64,000 nucleotides of DNA from Eutreptiella sp. 'Long Island Sound 2002' (Eukaryota; Protista; Euglenida). Shown piece by piece: positions 1-10,581 of the stretch. Both the position numbers and the translations under genes were made by a program. Position 1 is the first letter of the stretch. The number at the start of each line of letters is the position of its first letter. The notes under the pieces are model-generated. The model was not told where the DNA came from. It worked only from the letters and a program-made list of their open reading frames with translations, and ran no database searches. The stretch covers positions 170,438,001 to 170,502,000 of the forward strand of contig OZ038378.1 in the NCBI GenBank assembly GCA_964036045.1. Reading direction: 5' to 3'.

Positions 1-17
1 ACAGCGGCCTGCCAGGA

Positions 18-503
18 TTGTGCTATGGTGAGGAGTTTGGCGAAGTCATGCTCAGTCGACTGGGGTCCATGAAGGATCGACACACTTGGGCTGTCACACC
101 CAGCGACGTCGAAGATTTGTTTGTCCAGTTCTGCCCTGCGAGAATTAACAGACGCCTGCTGGTTAGTGGTTTGTCCTCCGACATCGAAACCGAGATCCGA
201 CAGCGCTTGCACTCGTATGTTATTGACGACCGCCTGAGAATTCGGTACTGTCCTTGGAAGTCGGGTACGTCGACCATGGAGAGACACTGGGAGGCTGATC
301 CAGATTTTCCGTCCGACCCTTACAGCGAGCCGGACGTGGACACATACAGAACTCTGTTAACCGATGTTTTGCGTACATTCCTGAGGCAGCCCCGGAATTT
401 CTCACCTTCCGTAATACGATTGATGGACAACAAGGTTCCTCTGCGGTCTGATGCGCAGCGCACGAACATTCTGGACACAATCTGGGCCTTTACCGATGCA
501 TAA
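18..503 (+). CDS. 3' part of an unknown protein (5' end lies upstream of the window); probably cargo of the element ending at ~3954
   Basis: Open frame from the window start to TAA at 501-503 with protein-like composition; no recognisable motif. Confidence 0.5.
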   Translation: MCYGEEFGEVMLSRLGSMKDRHTWAVTPSDVEDLFVQFCPARINRRLLVSGLSSDIETEIRQRLHSYVIDDRLRIRYCPWKSGTSTMERHWEADPDFPSDPYSEPDVDTYRTLLTDVLRTFLRQPRNFSPSVIRLMDNKVPLRSDAQRTNILDTIWAFTDA

Positions 504-585
504 CATCGGGTTTAGGTTGATTCCCAACTCTGTTGTTGTTGTTGCGCGCACACCGGTGCTTTTGCTCACTACTGCGTGTTCGGAA

Positions 586-3500
586 TGCGAGCCCTCGCAA
601 TCGTCTTTTCAAAAAGTGCGTTTTTGACTATATGTTGTTACCTTAATGCGAGGCCTCGCAATACGAAGTAGGTAATTGAAGGCAAATACCTATAATGTCG
701 ATTGCGAGCCCTCGCAATCAAAAAATAAATATGTACATTTCTCTCCCTTTTTACAGGCCTATTTCAACATGGCAGAGAGTTTGACGCCAACAAAAGCGGG
801 TAGAGCATCACCAGACACGTCACAAGTACCATCCACGCAGGAAACGGTGCCAGAGGAGTTCTTGAGGTTCTACAAGAAGCCTTTGCAGGTGGAGGTTGAC
901 GTTGGGAGCCTTTCCATCGACAAGAAGAAGAAGTACGGCCAGATCCGGAAGTATCAACAGACGCGAGTGGACGAGGTTATGAGAAGTCTTACGGCAAACC
1001 CCCCAGAGGAGCCCCTGACCGTGATTGCATGGCAATCACCAGGTACGTAACGCGGTCGCACCGCTGCTGTTTCATGTTCATCCTCTGAAGCCCATGTTTT
1101 CATCTCCAGCCGACGATTGGATCGTCATTGCAAAGCAGCACTGCGTCTGTGCGCTGAAAGCACTCCGAGACCAACGTCTTGAGAAGGGCCTCGACCCACC
1201 GCAGTGGATGCAAGTGGTGAAGGTCAACCTGTTGAAAACGGAAACCAGTTGGGCTACACGAGTAGCAATCGCCGGTCGGAAGCAGGCCATCGATCTAGAC
1301 ATCTCCGCCGTGCCACCGTCGGAAGCAGCTGACAACTTCCTTATGCATTTGCGAGATTCGCCGGCTGGGCCTGACGAGACTGCAAGGGAACACATTCACC
1401 GCACCATCCCGAAAGCCGCGAGCGGAAGTGCCTGGGTTCCACCACAAGTTTCCGACGATGAACTCCAAGTATGTTCCATTGTCGAATGCGAGGCCTCGCA
1501 ATCCGAATATGGCTACTCATCCTCCTCATGTACAGAGTTATTCAGTCAAGGCGTTTGGACCGTTCTTCACTTGGGTGTACCATGCGGAGGACGCAGCGGT
1601 GACGTCGCTGGATAATTTCGAGAAGATGGACATGCCGGTGACGATGAACCAGCTGAAGTTCTTGCAGGGTCTGTACGAGCCATCGCTCCTACAACGGGTC
1701 GCCGCCGACATGTCGAGACCGAAAACGAACATCAAGGAAATCCAGGACCGGGCCTCTGCCTACCAGAAGCAGCAGTGGATCAATTGGCATTGGGGAGCCG
1801 CGCCGAACAACGTTATCCATCCGACCCGCAGTATGTTCCCCTCACAAGCAGGTAGGCAAACACGCAAACAAGGTAAACGCAACCTTTCCTATGTTTCCAG
1901 AGGCGAGTCCGGCAGAGAAGGTACCGTTGCACGACTGGGATGTCCTTTGGTTTCGGATCCCTTTGGGGGCTTGGCAGTGGAAACCTGAGGCTCCGTCGCC
2001 GAAATGGGAAACGCTCAGCAAGGCGCGATTCTGGACGGCAATGGGAAATACTCATCCAAAGCATGGGTCATCAATGGACCTTGGTCGCCTGCGTGCACGA
2101 CTGGCATCACCCTTGACCGAAGTCAAGTCCACGGAGTCCGGAAAAGTGGACGTGGTGAACATTGAGGTCAGTGGAAAGATGGTCAAAATGCTGTGTGCCC
2201 CCTACAAAGATCCGCAAGATCCCCTGAAGTTTTTGGAGGCTCTGGACACCGACATGATCATTCTGAATGCGAATCTGGCGGACGGTGTAGATCCTGTGAG
2301 TCCTGTTGTGATGGCCAAGTTGATTGACAACCCTGAAACTGTGCTTGTGATCTACGGCGAGGTGGAGACTGTTTGGGACGCCCTGCAAACAGTTTTGGAG
2401 ACGCCTGGAATTGCGGAGAACGATTAATGGTATGAAAAAGTGCAAGTGTGTTACTGGCTACCTGGCGCAGGCAAGATAGGAAAAGGCGGAATTCAAGTTA
2501 AAGCACTTGTTCTGCTGGCCGGTGTAAAGATCAAGAAAAAGGTATGCACAACGCTTTCGGATTGCGAGGCCTCGCAATGCCTTTGCCATCTTGCTACTCC
2601 TCACTACAGATCCCACCATACATCGGTTTGGGTCGCCGCGAACGTGATGAACCAGGGTTCATGCCCCTTGTGCTTTATACGTGGATGGCAACGCTAATGC
2701 GGACCAAAGACCGCACGGAGAACGTCATGATCTTCGATCGCGATGTGCACATGGCGGCGAAAGTGGCAGCGTTGGATGATCCTCCGCAAGTTTGTTCTCT
2801 GCAATTGACCAAACAGAAGCGGTCGGATTGGGCACGGAGCTACCATCACGAGGTGACGCAGCGCGTGCAGGCGGGAATTGACCAGACCAGGTTGGCGCAG
2901 TGCGAGCTCTGGATCTAGTTCGGCATGCCAATGTGGGTTGAGGACGAGCACGTGGGGTATACGCGTCTCGAGGTGTCCGCGGCAGCAGAGGAACCAAGTC
3001 AGCATGCCCATGCAGAAGGTGGAGACGAAGACGTGGATGAGCCTGGGGACGATGACGATGAACCGCTGCTGACAGGATCTGATCGGCGATCTCCTCGGAA
3101 GTCCACGCAGGTTCGGGCGTTCCAGGCTGGCGAGGCAGATGAGGACGAGCCGAGGGCGAGCCAGGCGCCGAAGCCGAAAAAGCCAAAGACCCACGCGGCA
3201 GCTGAGCCGAAGCAGACGACACTGACGCAGCCCGAGGGAGTGAAGAGGACGCTGAGCCTTCCGGATCCGGGAACAGCAGTGGGCTCGGCAGCGCGGAGCA
3301 AGATGTTGGCAGCGGGATTGAAGAAGAAGAAGAAGCCTTAAAGGGCGTTGCAGTCCTATTTTGCGTGATATGTTGTCTCGCATTGCGAGGCCTCGCATTC
3401 CAGTTTAGGCAATTTGCCATTTCAGCTCTGTTTTCAGAGGCGTAATTTGGAGATGACGATTATACTGACCCTAAGGCAACAGTCAGTATTGCGAGGCCTC

Positions 3501-3641
3501 GCATTCCGAAAGCCTCACGTCTCGACGCACAGAATGTACTGATACTCTGCATTCTGTTTTTGCTTGTTTCTGAGTGCTCTGAAGCTGTGTGTAATTGCAG
3601 TGAATTGCGTTGTTGCATGTCTCGTATTGCGAGGCCTCGCA
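586..3641. repeat. Eight dispersed copies of the 14-bp palindrome TGCGAG(G/C)CCTCGCA
   Basis: Cores at 586, 647, 703, 1487, 2563, 3384, 3490 and 3628 (586 and 703 carry one mismatch). The copy at 3622-3647 extends to a perfect 26-bp palindrome. I saw none elsewhere in the window. Confidence 0.95.
769..3341 (+). pseudogene. 5-exon gene (~766 codons): N-terminal ParB/Srx-like domain, central/C-terminal degenerate N4/N6-methyltransferase-like region, acidic then basic tail; two in-frame stops
   Basis: Exons 769-1042, 1110-1468, 1536-1830, 1901-2541, 2610-3341 join in frame (2301 nt) via GT-AG introns of 67, 67, 70 and 68 nt. ParB-like segment: GQIRKYQQTRVDEVMRSLTANPPEEPLTVIAW..DWIVIAKQHCVCAL. 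In-frame TAA at 2425 and TAG at 2916, with the frame continuing after each. Confidence 0.6.
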
Positions 3642-4736
3642 ATACGAATAGGAAAATGGTGTCATTTTGCAGCATTTTGGAAACGAGAGGCGTAAAAAGT
3701 GAATTTTTAAGGCAGGAGAAAAAAGCATGCAGAGGAGAACAACAAAAAACAAGGTTTTCTAGTTCGAGAACCCCCAAAATGTGGTGCATTTTAGAGAAAA
3801 GTGGGTAAAATGGCAAAAATTGTGAGAGCTTTTTTGGAGGAAAATCACGCATTTTTGTGGGTAATTGGGCCAAAAAACTGAGTAGTCAAATTTTGTGGTA
3901 GAAAAAAATAGGTAAATCGGGCAAATTACCCCTACCAAATTTGCAGAGACCCTGGTACAAAAGCGTACCTGCTTCGGCCGCCTAAGTCAATGGAGGTAAA
4001 AAAGGGGATCCAATGAAGGAGAACAAGGGCACTACCCTGTTGTGGCAACAAAGGCTTGCGGCTTCCTCCCCCAGCCCCGCTCCCGTTCCAAACTATGCAA
4101 ATGGATGGAAGAGTGGTTCTGGAGGGTAGTCACCATTCTTGATCTATCGCCAAGCTATGCAAAAGGAGTGATTGCGGAGGGTGACAACCGTTGTCACTTT
4201 ATGGCCAAGCTATGCAAAAGTCCTAAACTAATACAGTCCGTACACCTTCTGTAGATTAGAAAGGGCCCGCTGGCACATAGGCCATATAAATGCCAACAGA
4301 CACTTCAATGGCCACACAACAGAAGACCACCTTCACCTTCACCCATGCCAAAAGGCATGCAAACACAAGACGGTGATTGGTACATGATTTGTTCACACCC
4401 ATGTTCCCAATGGAGCACAAGGCTATTGGTAGACTGAATTACAAATGAAAAACCAATACACATACAAATGACTGGATGCCCAGGCTCAAAAAGAGGTTCC
4501 ATGGTGAGCTGGTGTAAGAAAGGATACCCAGAATGCCCAAACTTCCCCCAAATCAAGCCGTGTGGGTTCAAGTGGGCAAACACTGACAAAATAGATTTGC
4601 ATGACCTTATCTGGCTTCCAAGTTCGTCACCAACCCAAATCTTACCCCCCCTGCCCCTTGTCCAAGCAATGCCTATGTCCAAGCAACACTAGGCGTTGGT
4701 TGCGTCAATCTCTGGTCATTTACCGTTGCTTGGACG

Positions 4737-4770
4737 GTGTGTGTATGTGTGTGTGTGTGTGTGTGTGTGT
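4737..4770. repeat. (GT)n microsatellite
   Basis: Direct reading. Confidence 0.95.
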
Positions 4771-5574
4771 ATCTGCACTACTTTTGTACCAAAGTACATT
4801 GGGCCCAAATTAATATGGCCCCTATGGCTGCTGTATGCCCCCAGAGTCAGAGTCGCGACGACAGTGTAGCTAGGCCCCTGGAGGGCAATGACGTAACCCT
4901 CCACAGACTTGACACTTGACACTTGATCCTTATGCTTGTCAGTGGTACCGGCTGTGCACCAGTGACTATTGTTTCACCAACCGATGGCAGGTTGGCCCTC
5001 CTGTGGCTTCCTCCATGCACGCTTCTGTAGGTGGGTGGTTTTCAGGTTGTTCCCGGGATAAACACAGTAATAATTGGCTCTGTGCGAAAACGCCCCCTAT
5101 GAAATGCAACCCGCTGATTCTTCTTGGCCTTCATTCTTCTACGTGCTCCAGTAGCACCTTGGGATGCGTGTCATGTGCGCTACCACACTGAGCTGTGGGA
5201 CAATCGTAGCACTGTACTGCTCTGATTCCTGATTCTGAGAGCTCTCTCGAGTACCGTCTGGTAAGAGGGCTATGCCAGCTTACCCAAGTCTGAACCCCCC
5301 CAAAAATTATGGCCCCTATGGCCCCTGTAGCTTAGACAAGACCAAAAGCAGGTCACAAACGATATGGCACAGGGCGCCGGCATGACGTATTTCATGGTGC
5401 CCAGCTGGCCTTCACGGAACCCTCCATCCGCCCTCTCATTCCAAGGCTGTAGGGCCCGGGGCATTTGCCAATCCCCGTCGATGCTCAGGACGGGTTCATT
5501 GCTGGGTTGGAATTCTGTCATGTGATTGCCGCCATCCTGGCGTTTCTGCCACCACAAACTGTACAGAATCCCAG

Positions 5575-7488
5575 ATGCAGCCCGCTCCGCCGCATGCGCA
5601 CGCCCCACTTGTGGTCTGCCCCGGCGCAACCCGGCACGTATATGACACACACACCACCCTCGCCCCGGCGCCTGCCCCCAATCCTTGGTCCCTGCCAGCG
5701 CTGTCTGTGGCAGTTCTGGGGGTTGTGGGGGCGTGCTACTTGCTGACCCTGCCCTCCAGCAGTTCGTCCCTCTGGACGCTGACGACCCCTCGGGTCGCAC
5801 AGTCCCTCCCCCACGCGAGCGAGTCCCGGTCGCGCCTGCACACCTCCCTCAACAGAGACATCGGTAGTCTGCTGAGCCCCACCGCCCGCAAAAGCCCCGG
5901 CATCCCTCGGCCCCGCCCGACCCTCCCAACCGGAGCCCATGACGCAGGGGTCCCCGCCTCCGCCGCTCTCAATGGTCCCCATGGCCATGAGTCGCTTAGC
6001 ACAGTAACAGGTGCCGTATCCCATGCTGCCGTGCCCGTTGGTGGGCTCCTGGGCATAGGAGTGCTGGTTGCTTACTTCTTTGGCTTGTGGCACAAGTCCC
6101 AAAGACAGGCCGATCCTGTGGTGGACCTGCAGCCGCAGCCCCTCGCCATGTGCAGTACCACAAGCACACACAACACAAATGGTGGTGAATCTTTGCCCAC
6201 GTGGGAATCATTAGCTCCGCTGGTGCCTACCGCACAGGACCCTGGACCTGAGGTGTTGGGGATTGCCCTGGATCAGCCCCCTGCCCAATCTGGTCGCCTG
6301 ATTTTGTACCGGGACCGCAATGGCTGGTGCCCATACAGTGAGCGTGTGTGGCTGGGGATGATGGAGAAGGGCCTCGAGTTTGATGAGGTGCTCATCAATC
6401 TTCAGGGCCGCAAGCCCAAGTGGTACTATGATGAGGTGCGCACCGGAAACACTCCTGCCATTAGGTTTCCGGATGGCACCGTGATGTGGGAGTCTCTGGA
6501 TCTGCTGAAGGAGTTGGATGTCCGATACCCTGCCCCAGAGTACCCGGCCCTGTTCCCAACGGATCCGGATGAAAGGGCTGAAGCTGAGGCACTCATTCAG
6601 GCCTTCTCTTCTACAATGCCCTCAAATTCAAGGCCCTCTTCAAGGGCTGCATTTTTATTCCGGGGATGGGGTGGCGATCTGATTCCCAAAGGTGAGATTG
6701 TACAGACATTTGATCGCCTGGAGAAGCTGTTGGCAAAGCATCCTGCAGGCCCCTTTTTCATGGGCGCACAATTTACTGCTGTTGAATGTTGCTGGGCTCC
6801 ATTTCTGGAGCGGTACACTGTGCAGGTGCCGCTGCTGCACGAGGGCATTGACTTGACTGATGCCTCCCGGTGGCCTCTCCTGAACAAGTGGTTCCAAGGC
6901 ATGCACGAGCAAGTCTCGACCTACCTTCCTCGAGTGAAGGGGGACAGCCACACATGGTCCTATGCCTTGGCCGAAGCTGTGGATGATGCCCGTCGGTACC
7001 CCGGCTTGCGTGCTCTGATGAAGGGAGACCAACGTCATGTGGCCGCTGAGCTTGAGGTATTAGATGCTGGTGATGGATCCGTGTGGGATGAGTACTGCAA
7101 AGCGCGGCCAGGAGTAGCCGCCACGCCGGCCCTTGAGGCCGCGGCACGGGTACTCAGGAACCATGAGGCTATCAAAGAGGATGCCCTTGCTGGATGCGCC
7201 ACGCAGGGAGTCACTATTGCTCTGGTCGACAAGGTCCTTCGATGCCTCGTCGTCTTGCTCACCTCGGAATATATGGCGGACCCCTGTTCTCAATGCAAAA
7301 GTACTCTGTTGTTGGCGGAAGCCCAGACGCTCTGTGTTGAGAATATCAGCCCGGAAGAGGGCCCTTTGGCAGCAGACGTGGCGCGGTTCTTGGCGGGACG
7401 GCTCTGCGTGCCGAGGGATATGGGATCGCTACCGGCAGCACATTTCAGAGCTTGCTTGGCGCTGCTCCGTGACTCTTTGACGGATTAG
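5575..7488 (+). CDS. Plastid-targeted glutathione S-transferase-like protein (Cys-GST, omega/lambda/DHAR-like) with a C-terminal extension; intronless
   Basis: 637-aa ORF. GST N-domain: LILYRDRNGWCPYSERVWLGMMEKGLEFDEV...GNTPAIRFPDGTVMWESLDLL. GST C-domain: GPFFMGAQFTAVECCWAPFLER. The presequence has two hydrophobic helices (LPALSVAVLGVVGACYLLTL; VPVGGLLGIGVLVAYFFGLW) flanking an S/T/P-rich transit region. The exact start codon is uncertain. Confidence 0.85.
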   Translation: MQPAPPHAHAPLVVCPGATRHVYDTHTTLAPAPAPNPWSLPALSVAVLGVVGACYLLTLPSSSSSLWTLTTPRVAQSLPHASESRSRLHTSLNRDIGSLLSPTARKSPGIPRPRPTLPTGAHDAGVPASAALNGPHGHESLSTVTGAVSHAAVPVGGLLGIGVLVAYFFGLWHKSQRQADPVVDLQPQPLAMCSTTSTHNTNGGESLPTWESLAPLVPTAQDPGPEVLGIALDQPPAQSGRLILYRDRNGWCPYSERVWLGMMEKGLEFDEVLINLQGRKPKWYYDEVRTGNTPAIRFPDGTVMWESLDLLKELDVRYPAPEYPALFPTDPDERAEAEALIQAFSSTMPSNSRPSSRAAFLFRGWGGDLIPKGEIVQTFDRLEKLLAKHPAGPFFMGAQFTAVECCWAPFLERYTVQVPLLHEGIDLTDASRWPLLNKWFQGMHEQVSTYLPRVKGDSHTWSYALAEAVDDARRYPGLRALMKGDQRHVAAELEVLDAGDGSVWDEYCKARPGVAATPALEAAARVLRNHEAIKEDALAGCATQGVTIALVDKVLRCLVVLLTSEYMADPCSQCKSTLLLAEAQTLCVENISPEEGPLAADVARFLAGRLCVPRDMGSLPAAHFRACLALLRDSLTD

Positions 7489-7945
7489 GCCTGCGATACA
7501 GGGACTGTTAGGGCAGGGTCCTGTGTGGCACACAGGAGTTGGGTTGATATCGGCCAGGCCCCCAGTTTACGGCACAGATTGCCTCACCCAACCAGTGTCA
7601 GTTGGCTGTCGACAGATAGCGGTGCTTGATGGCGTGTATGGCAATGACATGGCGGTGATGGATTGGATAGCATTTGATCGTTGAACGACAGGAATTAGTG
7701 TCTGGTGGTTGCTGCTTTCTCAGCATGAACTTGAATGGAGGCCAGCAGTTGCCTATTTTTGTTCAAGACCGCCGTGGATCAGCGCGCGGAAGGAGCATTA
7801 GGGCTGATATGTGTGCATGGCCCTCCTTGAGCCAGTTTGTCCTCGGGGTATAACCACATCCCACATGGAGAGCCTGTGGAGTTCCCCATCAGATATGTGG
7901 CAGGCTGAGCCTGAGAGATTGCCTTTTATCTAGCAGAAAACTTTG

Positions 7946-8902
7946 CTATGGAACCCTGGTGCTCGTACATGCCTCCCCATCTCCAGTTGTCCCCCACAAA
8001 TTGCAAAGCCCCTTGCCAAGCAACCCAACCATGAACCAGTTCCAACCCTCCTTTCCCCCATCAGCAAGCAAGTGCAGCCGCAGCATGCCGTACTTCGCTT
8101 TTTGCATGTAGGGACCTGCTTTCCATTTGCCCTTTTCATGACTGGTCGGACTGAACGCCACCAACAACACCTCAGGCAGCAACTAATTGTTTCAATCTGG
8201 AAAATCTGCAGACAAAGCAAATGGTTGCATATCTCTCTGGGACATCCGGTTCATGCCAACACGGAGCGTTTTCACATTTTTTCAGACTTTTCTCAACTTT
8301 TGGCGTAATGCACCAAAATGTCGTCACCTTGGGGGGGGTATGTGTATGCTTTTCGAAATCTGTGGGAAAACGCCGTTTCAGAAATGTATGGGTTGGGGGG
8401 GGTAGGTGGTCACAGTTTTGCGCACCGAGCTGTACAAGGGAGGACACACAGGGCACAGGCAATGGTCCAGGGATCACTCATTATTCCGAATCCGATTCGT
8501 TGTCATCGTTGCCCCTTTCTGCAAGGGCCGGGACTCCATTGGGGCACACATCCCCGTGCTTGTGTACTTCTGACGACCTGCGTGTTTCACATCTTGCTCC
8601 AAATCGACGTCGATGCAGGTTGCCAGAAATTCGTGTTGCGAAGCATTGGTGGGGTGAATCTTTTTATCCCAAAACTGGGCTGCAAAAGCCGCGGCCTCAG
8701 TAGTGGATAAAATGTCGTGCTCTGTGTGGGCGCATGCAGGCTGCTGTGACCCACCGGTACGAGGCTTTTTGGCGCGCAAGTCAGGCCGCCGCGTCACCTG
8801 CACCCAAGTTTCACCCCCAGATCGCGCTCTTTTTCGCACCAAAGGTTTCAGTGGCGCATCAGGGGAAGCAACAGCACGTTGTGTGAATTTGTATGAAGAC
8901 AT
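7946..8902 (-). pseudogene. Decayed coding remnants of unknown family (probably TE-derived)
   Basis: Short protein-like ORFs (8474-8902, 7946-8182) are interrupted by repeat sequence; no assignable motif. Confidence 0.25.
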
Positions 8903-9155
8903 GGTGGCTGCCTGTTAGCAAAAATAGGCAGCAGGCAACACAGGCACTGTCCAAAGCGGAGAAAAATCTCAAACATGTCGTTAGCACAGCATGCAAACCT
9001 GGGGTGTTCCGAATAGCCCTTTTCAAGGGCTTTCCGAATATGCCCCACATACCCCCCCCAACCGGACACTCAGCGGGCACAAATGAGACCACAAAGGCAC
9101 CAACCCCTGAAAACGCTCCGTGTTGGCATGAAACCGCACGTCCCAGAGAGATATT
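8228..9155. repeat. ~50-bp dispersed repeat (core GCCAACACGGAGCGTTTTCA) in inverted orientation at ~8228-8275 and ~9107-9155; third diverged copy at ~63537-63585
   Basis: Reverse-complement match read directly. Confidence 0.75.
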
Positions 9156-10158
9156 CTGAAATGTGTAAACACATACCCAATGTACCACAATCTGAATGGG
9201 TGCGGTATGTTGCTCTTCGTGCCCCAAGCCCTCTTCCTGATTGTACTGCTGCAAGAGTTGCATGGTGGCATGCAAAATGGGAGGAGTTTCCCTTTGCTGT
9301 CCAGCATTGCTGGTTTTCTTGTCTGCTGCCCTCGCTCTGCTTGGCCAAGTTGAGCGAGCGTTCAGCTTGGAGGGCCATATCCAGAGTAAGGACCGGCTGC
9401 ATATGGGCGACAACAGTTTACGCATGTGGCCATGTCGCATGTTAACAAAGCCACCACAGACAATTTGGATGGTGAAAGTGATTAATTTGGCCCAACAGAG
9501 TTGTGCATATTGTCTGCTGTTTGTGAGTTCAGGGTCCGTGGAAAGTGGGTAACTGCAAGTGCAGTTAGAAGCATGCTGCAGTGTGCTGCAGATTGCCGCA
9601 ACAGCGCGAAATTTGCCTGGGGACTGCACTAGCTTGCCCATCAATACCCAGGAGGCTTTGAGAAATATTACTTGGCCTGTGGGGGAGGGAGGGAGGGGGG
9701 CATGGGACAAGGCCAGGTTGCACTACCCAGTGCAAGGCTGTGGTGCAGAGAAAACAGAGTTGCAGAATTTATGCAAGGGGGCTTCAGACGTATGGTTGTG
9801 TTGCAGAATCACATTGGTGCTTGGTATTTGCCCTGTGTGTCAAGACAGACAGTCGCTGAGCGCACACGCGATACACAAGCCGGTAACAAATGGGGGTAGA
9901 GCCGGGGGCCGGAGCAATTTACGCCGTAAATTTACGTAAATTTTTGTAAATTCCTCGAAAAGTGGCGTAAATTCCCGTAAATTTTTGTAAATTCGGCGTA
10001 AATTAGGGGTTTTACATGATTTCCTTGCCATTGCTGGCAGTTGCAAATATTTGTGAGCTAGATTCTTGTCCATTTTGGAATGTAAATTGTGCAAATGCCC
10101 CTTCCCTGTGGCAGAGTCTGCTGGGGCTGTGTAGCCAATTCGCCGAGACCGGCACCTG

Positions 10159-10523
10159 GAGATCCCTGCCTCGAGCTTTACCCCGGCTCGAGAAGGAGGC
10201 ATTTAGGGGCTTGGAGATCCCTGCCTCGAGCTTTTCCCCGGCTCGAGAAGGAGGCATTCACGGGCTTTCTTTCTTCCTTTGCTTTCTCGTGCTTTGCGTG
10301 TCATTCCCTGCACTTACCAATATTTGTGAACAACATTTGTGTCCATTGTCAAATGCAAACTTTGTTGCTGCCCGTTTCCTATGCTAGAGAACACTAGACC
10401 GAATCAGGCAAGAAGAGTGAAGATCCCTGCCTCGAGCTTTACCCCGGCTTGAGAAGGAGGCATTCAGGGGCTTGAAGATCCCTGCCTCGAGCTTTTCCCC
10501 GGCTCGAGAAGGAGGCATTCAGG
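10159..10523 (+). repeat. Four copies (two tandem pairs) of a ~53-bp unit GATCCCTGCCTCGAGCTTT(A/T)CCCCGGCTCGAGAAGGAGGCATT
   Basis: Direct reading. Each unit has internal GCCTC..GAGGC complementarity and (in most copies) two CTCGAG sites. Confidence 0.9.
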
Positions 10524-10581
10524 GGTTTTCTTTCTTTCCTTGCTTTCCTTCCGTTCACGCTGTTCTAGCTTTGTTATGTAA

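Larger units (their letters stand above)
1..3954. mobile_element. Right arm of a putative hAT-like DNA transposon carrying cargo genes
   Basis: An AT-rich subterminal tract at 3650-3950 with GGTAAAT/AAATTACC motifs ends in ...GCAGAGACCCTG (reverse complement CAGGGTCTCTG, a hAT-like terminus). The motifs resemble the subterminal repeats of the 9876-13201 element. The left end is not in the window. Confidence 0.4.

Noticed and set aside
2425-2918. Alternative genetic code (TAA/TAG = Gln)
   Set aside because: Other genes here terminate at TAG (7486-7488) and TAA (62642-62644), and the long host ORFs contain no in-frame TAR.
2694-3420. Long minus-strand ORFs (234 and 231 aa)
   Set aside because: They are antisense shadows of the GC-rich last exon of the plus-strand gene.
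586-3641. Palindrome series or other short repeats as a CRISPR array
   Set aside because: Spacing is irregular (56 bp to >1 kb), copies lie in introns and flanks of a eukaryotic gene, and no cas genes are visible.
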